Positions 37,644-47,738 of a stretch of 62,564 bases of DNA are shown in pieces. The notes under the pieces were generated by a model that made no database searches, was not told the origin of the DNA, and worked only from the letters and a program-made list of their open reading frames with translations. Within the stretch, counting starts at the first letter, position 1. Each line of letters opens with the position of its first letter. Source of the DNA: Candidatus Brocadiia bacterium (GTDB lineage Bacteria > Planctomycetota > Brocadiia > CAIUPP01); assembly GCA_050015075.1 (NCBI GenBank), contig JBEKCB010000033.1, positions 1 to 62,564 of the forward strand, read 5' to 3'. Both the position numbers and the translations under genes were made by a program.

Positions 37644-38831
37644 CTAGACTGCTTTCCCTGCCTTGGCCAAGGCCGCAATCCGGTCGGAGAGCTGCTTCTC
37701 GGTCCAGTCCGGGCTGACGCCGCAGAAGACCGTCCGGCTCAGCCAGTCCACGGTCTTGGGGCACATGTCCTTGGTGTATTCGGTCCGCAATCCCTTGTTC
37801 TTCGGATGGTTGTAGGGATTCATTTCCGGGTGATGCCCGACGCGGTGCTGGAAGATCGGATCCCAGTTGTAGTACACGTGCTTGCCGCTGTTGATGGGCA
37901 GCCCACCGCCGACGCCCTCGCACTTGGAGAAGGCCACGGCCTTGGCGTTGGTCTCGAACTGGAAGGGGACGGTCACGCCGCAGTCGCCCTTCGGGTCATT
38001 CGACCGCATGAACTTGATGCCCGGCTTGCCCTTCAGTTCCGCCATGATCCTGGTCTTGTTGCGGCGCAGGTCGGTGAGGATGCCCTCGAGCCTCTGCAAC
38101 TGCATGCGCAGGATGGCGCCCTGGATCTCCGAAGGCCGGAACTGGAATCCCAGGAACGGCGCGATCGCCAGGTCCTTGGCGTACGGACGGAAGTTCGCGC
38201 CGCTGTCGGAGTAAACCAGCGCGCGCTCGTAGAGGGCGCGGTCGTTGGTCACCACCGCTCCGCCTTCGCCGCAGGACATGATCTTGAAGTCGTTGAAGCT
38301 GAAGCCGCCCATGTCGCCGATGCTGCCGGTCCGCTTTCCCTTGTAGCTGCCGCCGTCGCACTGGCAGGAGTCTTCGACCACCTTGACCTTGTGCTTGCGC
38401 GCGATGGCCATGATCTTGTCCATGTCGCACGGCATGCCGACCATGTGCACGGGGATGACGGCCTTGACGTTCGGGCCGCACTTGCGCTCGAAATCTTCGG
38501 GGTCGAGCAGGCACGTGTCATCCACCTCGGCGATGACCGGGATGGCGCCCACCACGAGCACCGCGCTGGCCGTGGCCATGAACGTATAGGCCGGCACGAT
38601 GACCTCGTCGCCGGGGCCGATGCCGAGCGCAGCCAGGGCGCAGACCAGTCCCGCCGTCCCGCCGCCGGAAAGGCACAGGGCGTGCTTCACGCCGATCTTC
38701 GCCGCCCATTCGTGCTCGAAGCGCACGACTTCCTGCTGATGGCCGGTGGCCGGGTCGCCCACCATGAACAGCTTTTTCGCGTCAATCACTTTCTTCAGCT
38801 CGTCCAACTCTTCCTTGCCGATGCGGTACAT
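37644..38831 (-). CDS. DegT/DnrJ/EryC1/StrS-family PLP aminotransferase
   Basis: GPGDEVIVPAYTFMATA, VIPVHMVG, VVEDSCQ, FSFNDFKIMSCGEGG. Confidence 0.93.
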   Translation of the reverse strand: MYRIGKEELDELKKVIDAKKLFMVGDPATGHQQEVVRFEHEWAAKIGVKHALCLSGGGTAGLVCALAALGIGPGDEVIVPAYTFMATASAVLVVGAIPVIAEVDDTCLLDPEDFERKCGPNVKAVIPVHMVGMPCDMDKIMAIARKHKVKVVEDSCQCDGGSYKGKRTGSIGDMGGFSFNDFKIMSCGEGGAVVTNDRALYERALVYSDSGANFRPYAKDLAIAPFLGFQFRPSEIQGAILRMQLQRLEGILTDLRRNKTRIMAELKGKPGIKFMRSNDPKGDCGVTVPFQFETNAKAVAFSKCEGVGGGLPINSGKHVYYNWDPIFQHRVGHHPEMNPYNHPKNKGLRTEYTKDMCPKTVDWLSRTVFCGVSPDWTEKQLSDRIAALAKAGKAV

Positions 38832-38858
38832 AGTCCAGACTCCTTCCCACTAAAATAG

Positions 38859-40433
38859 CTACTGCCGGCGCGCCAGAATGCGGCGCATGTTCTGCCCCAG
38901 GATGGGCACGAGGACCTCTTCCGAAACATCGAGCGAGAGAATGCGCCCCAGTTCCCAGTGAATGTCGTGAGCGGCGGCGTCGGTGCCGTAGACCACCTTC
39001 GAGACGGGAACGGCCTTGAGCGTATCCTCCCATCGCCGAGTGGTGCAGAAGCTGCCGCACGTTTCAAGGAAGACGTTGGGGAATTCCACCGCCATCGCCT
39101 CCGCCTCGGCCCGGCCGTCGTCGCCTCCGCCGGAGTGCCCCAGGAGCAGCGACAGGTTGCGGTGCCGGCCGACGATCCCGCGCGCCATGGCGGGCGAATC
39201 CATATCGCCGCTCCACGAGTGCATCAGCACCGGCAGCCGGTGGCGGTCGGCGTATTCCCACATCGGCTCGAACCGCGGGTCGGTGACCGGCACCCTCCAG
39301 TAGCCGCACAGCAGCTTGAACCCGACGACCTGCGGGTCGGCGAACCAGCCGTCGAGCCTCGGCAGGAGGTCGGCCGCGTAGATGGGATTGAACGCCGCGT
39401 ACATGGCGAACCGGCCCGCGTGCGGCTTGATCAGTTCGCGCACCAGGTCGTTTCCTTCCGCCGGCGAGCCGTGCAGCGCCTGCAAGCCCGAGAAGATCAT
39501 CATGCTCTCGCCGACCTTGTCCATCACGCGCAACACGGCGGGAATCTGCGCGCGCTCGTCCTGGTTCTCCAGCACGTAACCCGCCGACGGCCCCAGGTGG
39601 CCGTGGGCATCCAGCGTATCCACTCCCAGCGGCTCGCCCGCGAGGCAGCGCTGCCACAGGCGGTCCCCGGATGGCCGGGCGGCCGCGCGCTCTTCGGTTG
39701 CCGAGCCGGTCAGGCGGTCCAGGTTGCCGTGGGCGATCAGTTCCCGCTGCTCCTGCGTGATCTCCGCCCGGGCCAGCGCGGCGATGGCGGCGCTGTTGTG
39801 GCAGCGATATCCCGTCCCGAAGAGGACGCGTTCGGCGCCGAAGTGCTTCACGGCGTGCGCCACGCCTTCCCACGTGTGCCACCAGGAGGTTTCCATCAGC
39901 ACGTTCGGCCGCTGGCGCATCGCGTCGAAAGCGCCGATGCCGCACACCCAGATCAGGTCGGTGAGGATCAGCGGAACATCGGGGAAAAGCGCCGCGAAGT
40001 CCACGATGTCCGCCGCGGGTGTCTCGCCCCACTTGACCAGGATGAAGGGCTTGAGATGCCGGACGGCCTGCACGACCGGCGCGCACTGGCCGAGGGTCAG
40101 GCGGCTGCCGACATTCACGAAGCGCAGCGCGCGCGTGCGGCCTTCCTTCATTTGTGCGGCGAAGCGCTCGATGCCGTCGCCCTCGTAGGCGATCAACCCG
40201 GAGACCACCAGCTCCGGGACCAGGCGCCCGGCCGCGCCCGGCGTGTGCGCGATCTCGTCGAGCAGGCGGCGGTTGGCGGCCAGCGGGTTGCCCTGCGTGG
40301 CCTCCACGTTCCAGACCAGCGAGCGGGCGATGCCCAACCGGTCCATGTGCGCCAGGCGCACCGCCGCTGTGGCGCAATCCGGCGCGCTGGTCGCGGGGTT
40401 GCCGAAACTGCCGTTCGCATCGAACAATCGCAA
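38859..40433 (-). CDS. Tandem two-domain amidohydrolase (Amidohydro_2-like); start uncertain
   Basis: First barrel FDANGSFG...GAERVLFGTG; second barrel DAHGHLG..GFKL..LMH..LGHSGG..VVYGTD. Confidence 0.8.
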   Translation of the reverse strand: MRLFDANGSFGNPATSAPDCATAAVRLAHMDRLGIARSLVWNVEATQGNPLAANRRLLDEIAHTPGAAGRLVPELVVSGLIAYEGDGIERFAAQMKEGRTRALRFVNVGSRLTLGQCAPVVQAVRHLKPFILVKWGETPAADIVDFAALFPDVPLILTDLIWVCGIGAFDAMRQRPNVLMETSWWHTWEGVAHAVKHFGAERVLFGTGYRCHNSAAIAALARAEITQEQRELIAHGNLDRLTGSATEERAAARPSGDRLWQRCLAGEPLGVDTLDAHGHLGPSAGYVLENQDERAQIPAVLRVMDKVGESMMIFSGLQALHGSPAEGNDLVRELIKPHAGRFAMYAAFNPIYAADLLPRLDGWFADPQVVGFKLLCGYWRVPVTDPRFEPMWEYADRHRLPVLMHSWSGDMDSPAMARGIVGRHRNLSLLLGHSGGGDDGRAEAEAMAVEFPNVFLETCGSFCTTRRWEDTLKAVPVSKVVYGTDAAAHDIHWELGRILSLDVSEEVLVPILGQNMRRILARRQ

Positions 40434-40596
40434 GTGCGCCGTGGTCCGCTCCCTTCGTTTGCAGGTTCCCAACGGTCGTCGCCGCAGACGCCGCCCCGAC
40501 CGCATTGACAGGATACCTGTTTTCTAACAAAATAGCGAGGCGCGTTCAATTATCTGACATTGCGACCCCGTTATCTTTTGTTGCGGTAGAGGCCCC

Positions 40597-41451
40597 ATGG
40601 AGAACCATCTCTTCTCGGCCCGGAAACTCGCCGTCCTCAGAAACGTGGCGCATTGGCGATTCGTCGCCTCCGGACTTCCGGAGGAAGTGCCCGAGGCGCG
40701 CCATTGCAAGCACGACACCTGGGCCCGGCGCCACGTTGACGTCCATCCGAACCGCGAGGTGCTCGTCGTCCTCGGCGGCGCGGGATATCAGAGCCTCCGC
40801 GGCCGCAGCTATCCCGCCCGGCCGGGGACGGTATTCTTCTTTGACGCGATGGAGCCGCACGACCTTCAGTACTCGCCGACCCATCCACCCGCCGACCACC
40901 TCTGGTTTCACTTTATGCCCGACAGGTGCAGCGTCAGCTACTTGCGCGTGGGAAAAGGTCGCAGCCAATACCGGTCGGTGTGGCACCGCTGGTATACGCT
41001 GCCGGAGCTGGGGCTTTCGGCGGCGGAGGTGCTGTTCCCCGGGAACGCGCCGTCGTCCCCGCCGGAGACGGTGCGCCGGCGTTGCGCCGCCGCCCTGGCC
41101 CTGCTCGTCACCAGCCTGGTGGAAAAGGGCTACGAGAAGCCGCAGGCGCACCCGAAGGAGGATTTCCATTCCAGCATCATCCAGACCATCGTGCGGCACA
41201 TCCACGAGAGCCATGGCCGCGGCTGCCGCCTGGCGAGCCTGGCTCGCATCGCCGGCTACAGCAAGTATCATTTCTTGCGTTTGTTCCAGAAGCACACGGG
41301 CACGTCGCTGCAAACGTGCGTGAACAATTCGCGGGTCCAGGCGTTCCGGAAAATGGCCGCCGCCGGCGCGCCGTTGAGAGTTATGTCCTCCGATCTCGGC
41401 TTCGCTTTCCCCTCGGCCCTGTGCCGCTGGCGCCGCCGACAAGGAATATGA
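40597..41451 (+). CDS. AraC-family transcriptional regulator
   Basis: Cupin-like sensor (HVDVHPNREVL, EPHD), HTH LASLARIAGYSKYHFLRLFQKHTG...LGF. Confidence 0.9.
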   Translation: MENHLFSARKLAVLRNVAHWRFVASGLPEEVPEARHCKHDTWARRHVDVHPNREVLVVLGGAGYQSLRGRSYPARPGTVFFFDAMEPHDLQYSPTHPPADHLWFHFMPDRCSVSYLRVGKGRSQYRSVWHRWYTLPELGLSAAEVLFPGNAPSSPPETVRRRCAAALALLVTSLVEKGYEKPQAHPKEDFHSSIIQTIVRHIHESHGRGCRLASLARIAGYSKYHFLRLFQKHTGTSLQTCVNNSRVQAFRKMAAAGAPLRVMSSDLGFAFPSALCRWRRRQGI

Positions 41452-41474
41452 GACCGCATCGGGCGGGATGCCGC

Positions 41475-41504
41475 TTGACGGCGGCAATTCGATCATCATA
41501 TAGT
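41475..41504 (+). promoter_or_regulatory. Candidate sigma-70 promoter of the GH38 gene
   Basis: TTGACG-N18-TATAGT, GGAGG RBS downstream. Confidence 0.5.
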
Positions 41505-41563
41505 TTGAGGTTCAGAAGCTGCCGTCCCTCGCAATACGAATTGGCCATGATGGGAGGATCAAC

Positions 41564-44500
41564 ATGTCCCTGACGTCGGAATGGCGCGAACGGGTCGAGA
41601 CCTGGCTGAATGAGTTGAAGAACCATTTCTACATTCCCCTCGGCCGCGTGGATCTGGAAGGATTCGTGACCCAGCAGCAGTTGACCCGGCAGCAGGCGGC
41701 GCGCGGGCGTTTCAAGCCGATGCCGTCCGGCACGAAGTGGGGCGCGAAATGGGAGTACGGCTGGTTCCGCTGCCAGGTGAGGACTCCGGCCAAGGCAGCC
41801 GGGCGGCGCGTGGTGTTTTGCGGCAGGTCGGACGGCGAGATGCTGGTGATCGTGAACGGGCGCGAAGTCGGCTCGATCTCCGGCGACGCGCGCTCGAACA
41901 TCACCCTGACGACCCGCGCGCGAGCCGGCGGCCGGTTCGAGATTCTGATGGAGTCCTATGCCGGCCACGGGCCGACGCCCTGCCACTGCGGCCCGCTGCC
42001 GCCGGGACGCGTGAGCGTGCCGGAGCCGCCGCCGACCCAGCGGACGGTCGGCGAAAGCTCATTCGGCATCTGGGACGAGGACGCCTGGGCGCTGTGGCTG
42101 GACGCGCAGACGCTGATCGTGCTGCGCGATGCCCTGCCGGCGGATTCGCTGCGGGTGGCGAACATTGACGCCGGCCTGCGCGATTTCACGACGATCGTTG
42201 ACTTCGAGACCCCGCCGGATGAGATGCGCCGCACCTTCCACGCCGCGCGCCGGAAGCTCGCGCCCCTGCTGGCCTGCCGCAACGGCTCGACCGCGCCGAC
42301 GTTTTTCGGCTTCGGCCACGGTCACATTGACGTCGCTTGGCTCTGGCCGCTGGAGGAGACCGAGCGCAAGACCGCCCGCACCTTCGCCAACCAGTTGGCG
42401 CTGGTCGCCGAATATCCCGGCTACAAGTTCCTGCAAAGCCAGCCGCACCTCTACTCGGTCGTCAAGCAGCGATACCCGGAACTCTACGCGCGCTGGAAGG
42501 CCGCGGTGAAGGCCGGCGGGATCGTGGCCGAGGGCGGCATGTGGGTCGAGCCGGACATGAACCTCAGCGGCGGCGAGGCGCTCGTGCGCCAGTGCATGTA
42601 CGGCAAGCGTTTCTTCCGCGAGGAGTTCGGCATCGAGAGCCGGCTCCTCTGGCTGCCGGACGTCTTCGGCTACTCCGGCGCCCTGCCGCAGATCCTTCGC
42701 GGATGCGGCATCCCGTATTTCTCCACGAGCAAGATTTTCTGGAACTACCACGGCGGCGAGCCATTCCCGTACAACACGTTCACCTGGGAAGGGATTGACG
42801 GCTCGACCGTGCTGGCGCACCTGTTCGTGGACTACAACAGCAGGACCGACCCGGCGGTGCTGACGCAGCGATGGAACCAGCGCGCGCAGAAGGACGGCGT
42901 TTCCACGCTGATGCTGTCCTTCGGCTGGGGCGACGGCGGCGGCGGACCGACACGCGAGCACGTCGAATTCGCCCGGCGCGCCGGGGACCTCGAAGGCTGC
43001 CCGCGCGTTAAGCTGGCCGGACCGCTGGAGTTCTTCAAGGAGATCGAGCGGCAGGGAATTCCGCCGGCGCGGTACGTCGGCGAACTGTATTTTCAGGCGC
43101 ATCGCGGCACCTACACCTCGCAGGCGCGGACCAAGCGCGGCAACCGCAAGAGCGAAGTCGCCCTGCGCGAGGCGGAACTGTGGAGCGCCGCCGCGCAGGC
43201 GCTGACCGGCGCCGGATTTCCCGCGGAGAAAATTCGGGCGAAGCTGGCCGCGCTCTGGCGCTCGGTGCTGACGCACCAGTTCCACGACATCCTGCCCGGA
43301 TCCTCCATCCGGCGCGTTTACGAGGAGGCGGAGGCAGCGCATGCGCAGATCATCGCCGGCGCCGGCGAGATCGCGTCCGCCGCCATGCGCGCCCTGGCGC
43401 GCAAAGGCCGCGGGCTGACTGTGTTCAATTCGCTCAACTGGCCGCGCACGGCGTTCGTGCCGCTGCCGAAGAGCTGGAAGGCCGCCGGCGACGAATCGGG
43501 CCAGGCTCTGCGGACGCAGCGCGTCGCCGGGACGACCTACGCCGAGGTCATAGTCCCTTCCTGCGGCTGGACGACCGTCGTGCCGGCTTCACGGCCGGTG
43601 ACCGCGCCGGCAGCCCTGGGTTCGGCCGCCCTTGCGGGGAATCACGAGCTTGAAAACGAAATGCTGCGTGTGCGCTTCAACGACCGGGGCGAAATCACGA
43701 GCATCTTCGACCGCGAAGCCGACCGCGAAATCGCCGCCGGGCCGTGCAACGCGTTCCGGATGTACAAGGACGTGCCGTTCCAGTTCGACGCCTGGGACCT
43801 CGATTCGCCCTACGAGTTCACGCCCGTCGCGCTCGATGCGCCGGCGAAGGTCCAGGTGCTCGCCCAGGGGCCGTTGATGGCGCAGTTGAGGATCACGCGC
43901 CGGTTGAACCACTCGACGATGACGCAGACCGTGACGCTCCGCGCCGGAAGCCGCCGCGTGGACTTCGACACGCTCGTGGACTGGCGCGAGACCCACAAGC
44001 TGCTCAAGGTCGCCTTCGCGGCCGACTGTCACGCCAACGAAGCGGTGCACGAGATCCAGTTCGGCCACCTGCGCCGGCCGAACCACCGGTCGCGGCAGTA
44101 CGACGCGGACCGGTTCGAGGTCGCCAACCAGAAATGGTCGGCGCTGGTCGAGGAAGGGCGCGGTTTCGCGGTGCTCAACGACTGCAAGTACGGCTTGAAC
44201 GTCCTGGGCAACACCATCGCCCTGACGCTCCTCCGCGCGCCCAAGGGGCCGGACATGGAGGCCGACCAGGGGCCGCAGCGGTTCACGTATGCATTCTATG
44301 TTTGGAACGGCAGCCTGGCGGAGAGCGGCGTCGTGCGCGAAGCGTACGACCTCAACCATCCCGCCGTCATCGCCGAAGGCGCCGCCGGGACGCGGTCGCT
44401 ATTCCAGGTGGATGCGCCGACGGTCGTCATCGAGTCCGTTAAGCCGGCGGAGGACGGCACGGGGCAAATCATCGTCCGCCTTTACGAATCCAAGCGCGTG

Positions 44501-44656
44501 ACCGCGTCGTGCGCCCTGTCCACGACCTTGCCGGTCAAGCGCGCATGGACCACGGATCTGCTGGAGAACCGGACCGGCGCGTTGCCGCTGCGCGGGAAGG
44601 CCGTCCGGCTGGACTTCCGCCCATTCGAGATCAAGACCGTCCGGCTGGCGCTGTGA
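41564..44656 (+). CDS. Alpha-mannosidase, glycoside hydrolase family 38
   Basis: GHGHIDVAWLWP, GGMWVEPD, WLPDVFGYS, GDGGGGPT, GELYFQAHRGTYTSQ, QFHDILPGSSI, FEIKT. Confidence 0.95.
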   Translation: MSLTSEWRERVETWLNELKNHFYIPLGRVDLEGFVTQQQLTRQQAARGRFKPMPSGTKWGAKWEYGWFRCQVRTPAKAAGRRVVFCGRSDGEMLVIVNGREVGSISGDARSNITLTTRARAGGRFEILMESYAGHGPTPCHCGPLPPGRVSVPEPPPTQRTVGESSFGIWDEDAWALWLDAQTLIVLRDALPADSLRVANIDAGLRDFTTIVDFETPPDEMRRTFHAARRKLAPLLACRNGSTAPTFFGFGHGHIDVAWLWPLEETERKTARTFANQLALVAEYPGYKFLQSQPHLYSVVKQRYPELYARWKAAVKAGGIVAEGGMWVEPDMNLSGGEALVRQCMYGKRFFREEFGIESRLLWLPDVFGYSGALPQILRGCGIPYFSTSKIFWNYHGGEPFPYNTFTWEGIDGSTVLAHLFVDYNSRTDPAVLTQRWNQRAQKDGVSTLMLSFGWGDGGGGPTREHVEFARRAGDLEGCPRVKLAGPLEFFKEIERQGIPPARYVGELYFQAHRGTYTSQARTKRGNRKSEVALREAELWSAAAQALTGAGFPAEKIRAKLAALWRSVLTHQFHDILPGSSIRRVYEEAEAAHAQIIAGAGEIASAAMRALARKGRGLTVFNSLNWPRTAFVPLPKSWKAAGDESGQALRTQRVAGTTYAEVIVPSCGWTTVVPASRPVTAPAALGSAALAGNHELENEMLRVRFNDRGEITSIFDREADREIAAGPCNAFRMYKDVPFQFDAWDLDSPYEFTPVALDAPAKVQVLAQGPLMAQLRITRRLNHSTMTQTVTLRAGSRRVDFDTLVDWRETHKLLKVAFAADCHANEAVHEIQFGHLRRPNHRSRQYDADRFEVANQKWSALVEEGRGFAVLNDCKYGLNVLGNTIALTLLRAPKGPDMEADQGPQRFTYAFYVWNGSLAESGVVREAYDLNHPAVIAEGAAGTRSLFQVDAPTVVIESVKPAEDGTGQIIVRLYESKRVTASCALSTTLPVKRAWTTDLLENRTGALPLRGKAVRLDFRPFEIKTVRLAL

Positions 44657-44702
44657 CCGCCGAACGCAAGAGGCGAAATTCGAGCGCGCGCTCGCGGCGC
44701 GC

Positions 44703-45371
44703 TTATTTCATCCGCCGAATGCGCACCTCGATGTCCTTCTCGCCGGCCAGTAGCCGGGACAACTCACTCAGATCGGTCTCGCCGTAGTGATAGGGATAGA
44801 GCATCTTCGGCCGGAAGGCCTTCGCCGCGTGCGCTGCCATCTCCGGCGACATCGTGTAGGGCAGATTCACCGGCAGGAAGGCGATGGCGATGCCCTTCAG
44901 CTCCTTCATCTCGGGAATGTCCTCCGTATCGCCGGCCACGTACACGCGCGTTGCGCCGAAGGCCAGGACGTAGCCGTTGCCCTCGCCGCGCGGATGGAAC
45001 GGCTCGCCGGTCGGGCGCTTGTGGGCGACGTTGTAAGCCGGGACAGCCTCGATCTTGACTCCGGCGACCGTCCGCGTCTCGCCGTTCTTCATCACGATTC
45101 CGCCCGGCATCTCCTCGGCAGCCTTCTCCGTCAGCACGACCGTCGTCCCGTCCTTGCGCGCCGCCGCGATGGCCTTCGGATCGAAGTGGTCGCCGTGGGA
45201 GTGCGTGATCAGAATCGCGTCCGCCTTCGGCAGCGTCTCGTAATCCGCCAGGCGCGAATACGGGTCCACGTGGAACACCTTGCCGGCGAACGTGAAGATC
45301 AGCGTCCCGTGCCCCACGAAGGTTATCTTCAACTCGCCGGCGGACGTCTGAATGCGGTCTTCCTCGAACAT
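44703..45371 (-). CDS. MBL-fold metallo-hydrolase
   Basis: GHGT, ILITHSHGDHFD, AGDT, PYTM, YPYHY. Confidence 0.9.
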   Translation of the reverse strand: MFEEDRIQTSAGELKITFVGHGTLIFTFAGKVFHVDPYSRLADYETLPKADAILITHSHGDHFDPKAIAAARKDGTTVVLTEKAAEEMPGGIVMKNGETRTVAGVKIEAVPAYNVAHKRPTGEPFHPRGEGNGYVLAFGATRVYVAGDTEDIPEMKELKGIAIAFLPVNLPYTMSPEMAAHAAKAFRPKMLYPYHYGETDLSELSRLLAGEKDIEVRIRRMK

Positions 45372-45468
45372 TGCTTTCCCTCCTGATCTGAAAAGGTACT
45401 CATACCTCGAATGCGCCTCCCTTGCAAGCAAGATCAGCCGGGCGCGCGGCCGGCGGCGGCTTTTCGAC

Positions 45469-45496
45469 TTGACGGGCGCGGCCGGCGGCGTATACT
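45469..45496 (+). promoter_or_regulatory. Candidate sigma-70 promoter of the ABC operon
   Basis: TTGACG-N16-TATACT. Confidence 0.55.
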
Positions 45497-45571
45497 TGAC
45501 CGGCAAAACGTTCCTGCGGCCCCTTTTCACGTCCGGCGCCGAAGGCCGTGCCGGGTCTGCGAGGTGATGCC

Positions 45572-46375
45572 GTGTCCATTCTGAAGACCGAAGTGCTCAC
45601 GCGCTGCTTCGGCGCGCTGAAGGCCGTGGACGCCGTATCGCTCGCCGTGGAGGCCGGCGAGGTGTTCGGCTTGCTCGGGCCGAACGGCGCGGGCAAGACG
45701 ACGCTCATCAAGATGCTGACGACGCTGCTGCCGCCCACTTCGGGCAAGGCGAGCGTGGGCGGCCTGGACGTGGTCCGGCGGGCGCGCGACGTCCGGCGCA
45801 TCATCGGCTACGTGCCGCAGATGCTCTCAGCGGACGGGACTCTGACCGGCTACGAGAACCTGCTGATCTTCACCAAGCTCTACGACCTGCCGCGCGCCGA
45901 ACGCAAGCCGCGCGTGCAACGGGCGCTGCAACTCCTAGGCCTCACGGAGGCGGCGAACCGGCTCGTCCGCACGTATTCCGGCGGCATGATCCGGCGGCTG
46001 GAGATCGCCCAGTCCATCCTTCACGAGCCGAAGGTGCTGTTCCTGGATGAGCCGACGATCGGCCTGGACCCGCTGGCTCGCGAGGCGGTGTGGGACCGCA
46101 TGAGGCAGCTCCGGACCGACTTCGGCGCAACGATCCTGCTGACCACGCACTACATGGATGAAGCCGACGACCTGTGCGACCGGGTCGCCATCATGCACCA
46201 GGGCACCGTGCGGGCGGTCGGCTCGCCGGATGAACTCAAGAAGGGAATCGGCGGAGACGGCGCGACGCTCGAGCAGGTCTTCGCGCACTATGCCGGCGCA
46301 TCGGTCGCATCGGAATCGGGAGGCAGCTATCGTGAAACCTCAAGGACCCGGCGCACCGCCCGGCGGCTCGGCTAG
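45572..46375 (+). CDS. ABC transporter ATP-binding protein (DrrA-like exporter)
   Basis: GPNGAGKTT, YSGGM, LFLDEPT, LTTHYM; GAGGTGA RBS before GTG 45572. Confidence 0.93.
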   Translation: MSILKTEVLTRCFGALKAVDAVSLAVEAGEVFGLLGPNGAGKTTLIKMLTTLLPPTSGKASVGGLDVVRRARDVRRIIGYVPQMLSADGTLTGYENLLIFTKLYDLPRAERKPRVQRALQLLGLTEAANRLVRTYSGGMIRRLEIAQSILHEPKVLFLDEPTIGLDPLAREAVWDRMRQLRTDFGATILLTTHYMDEADDLCDRVAIMHQGTVRAVGSPDELKKGIGGDGATLEQVFAHYAGASVASESGGSYRETSRTRRTARRLG

Positions 46376-47186
46376 CGCAGCCGCGCCGCGCGCCGGATGG
46401 AACCCGCTGGCCGCGGTGGCGCGTTTCGCGGGGAAGACCGGCGTCATCGCCGAGCTGGAAGTGCGCAAGCTGCGCCACGATCCGACCGAGCTGATCACGC
46501 GCGCCATGCAGCCGGCCCTGTGGCTGCTGGTGTTCGGACAGGTGTTCAGCCGCGTCCGCGCGATTCCCACCGGCGACCTGCGCTACCTGGACTTCATGGC
46601 GCCGGGCATCCTGGCGCAGAGCGTGCTCTTCATCGCGATCTTTTACGGCATCGCGATCATCTGGGAGCGGGACCTCGGGATCGTTCAGAAGTTCCTGGTC
46701 AGCCCGACTCCGCGCGCCGCGCTGGTGCTGGGCAAAGCCCTCTCGGCGGGCGTCCGCGCCCTGTCGCAGGCGATCATCGTCTACGCGCTGGCGTTCATGC
46801 TCGGAGTCAAGTTGCGCTGGAACCCGCTGGACCTGCTGGGCGTCGTATGCGCCGTCCTGCTGGGCGCGGCGTTCTTCTCCACGCTTTCGCTGATCATCGC
46901 CTGCATCGTCAAGACGCGCGAGCGGTTCATGGGGATCGGCCAGATCCTGACCATGCCGCTGTTCTTCGCCAGCAACGCCATCTATCCCATCGCCATCATG
47001 CCCAATTGGCTGCAGGTCATTTCGAACGCCAACCCGCTGACGTACGAGGTGGACGCGCTGCGGGCGATGATGGTGGTCGGAGGGGCGAGCAGCTACGGCG
47101 TAGGGCTGGATTTGGCCGTCCTGCTCCTCGCGACGAGCGCTTTCGTGATCGTCGCGGCAAGGCTCTACCCGAACGTCGCGCGGTAG
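46332..47186 (+). CDS. ABC-2 type permease (DrrB-like)
   Basis: QPALWLLVFG, YLDFMAPG, PLFFASNAIYP, NPLTYEVDALR. Confidence 0.9.
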   Translation: MKPQGPGAPPGGSASAAAPRAGWNPLAAVARFAGKTGVIAELEVRKLRHDPTELITRAMQPALWLLVFGQVFSRVRAIPTGDLRYLDFMAPGILAQSVLFIAIFYGIAIIWERDLGIVQKFLVSPTPRAALVLGKALSAGVRALSQAIIVYALAFMLGVKLRWNPLDLLGVVCAVLLGAAFFSTLSLIIACIVKTRERFMGIGQILTMPLFFASNAIYPIAIMPNWLQVISNANPLTYEVDALRAMMVVGGASSYGVGLDLAVLLLATSAFVIVAARLYPNVAR

Positions 47187-47270
47187 AGTCCCGCTCTTTC
47201 CCCTTGCGGAGAAGCCGCGTTCGGATTATAAAGGGCGGCGGAAGCGATTCGAGCGATTGGAGGAAACCGC

Positions 47271-47729
47271 GTGACGGCGCAGGACCGGATTCAAGTCGCG
47301 ATCAAGCGGAAGCCGGGGACGGAGGACATCGCGCTGCCGGCTTACATGAGCGAGCACGCGAGCGGAATGGACCTCCGGGCCGCCGTCGAGGCGCCGGTGG
47401 TGATTCAGCCCGGCGAGGTGCGGCTGGTCCCGACGGGCATCTACATCGCCGTGCCGCCGGGCTACGAGGCGCAGGTGCGCCCGCGCAGCGGGCTGGCGCT
47501 CAAGAACGGCGTCTTCGTGGTCAATACGCCCGGCACGATTGACGCCGATTATCGCGGCGAGGTCGGGATTATCCTCGGCAACATCGGCCGCCAGCCGTTC
47601 ACCATCGAGCGCGGGGCGCGCATCGCGCAACTGGTCATCCAGCGCGTCGCCCGAGCCGAATGGCAACTCGCCGATTCCCTGCCCGAGACCGCGCGCAGCG
47701 ACGGCGGGTTCGGACATACTGGAACATAA
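47271..47729 (+). CDS. dut: dUTP diphosphatase
   Basis: GMDL, QVRPRSGLA, NTPGTIDADYRGE, RIAQLV, RSDGGFGHTG. Confidence 0.97.
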   Translation: MTAQDRIQVAIKRKPGTEDIALPAYMSEHASGMDLRAAVEAPVVIQPGEVRLVPTGIYIAVPPGYEAQVRPRSGLALKNGVFVVNTPGTIDADYRGEVGIILGNIGRQPFTIERGARIAQLVIQRVARAEWQLADSLPETARSDGGFGHTGT

Positions 47730-47738
47730 GGCTTTTCC

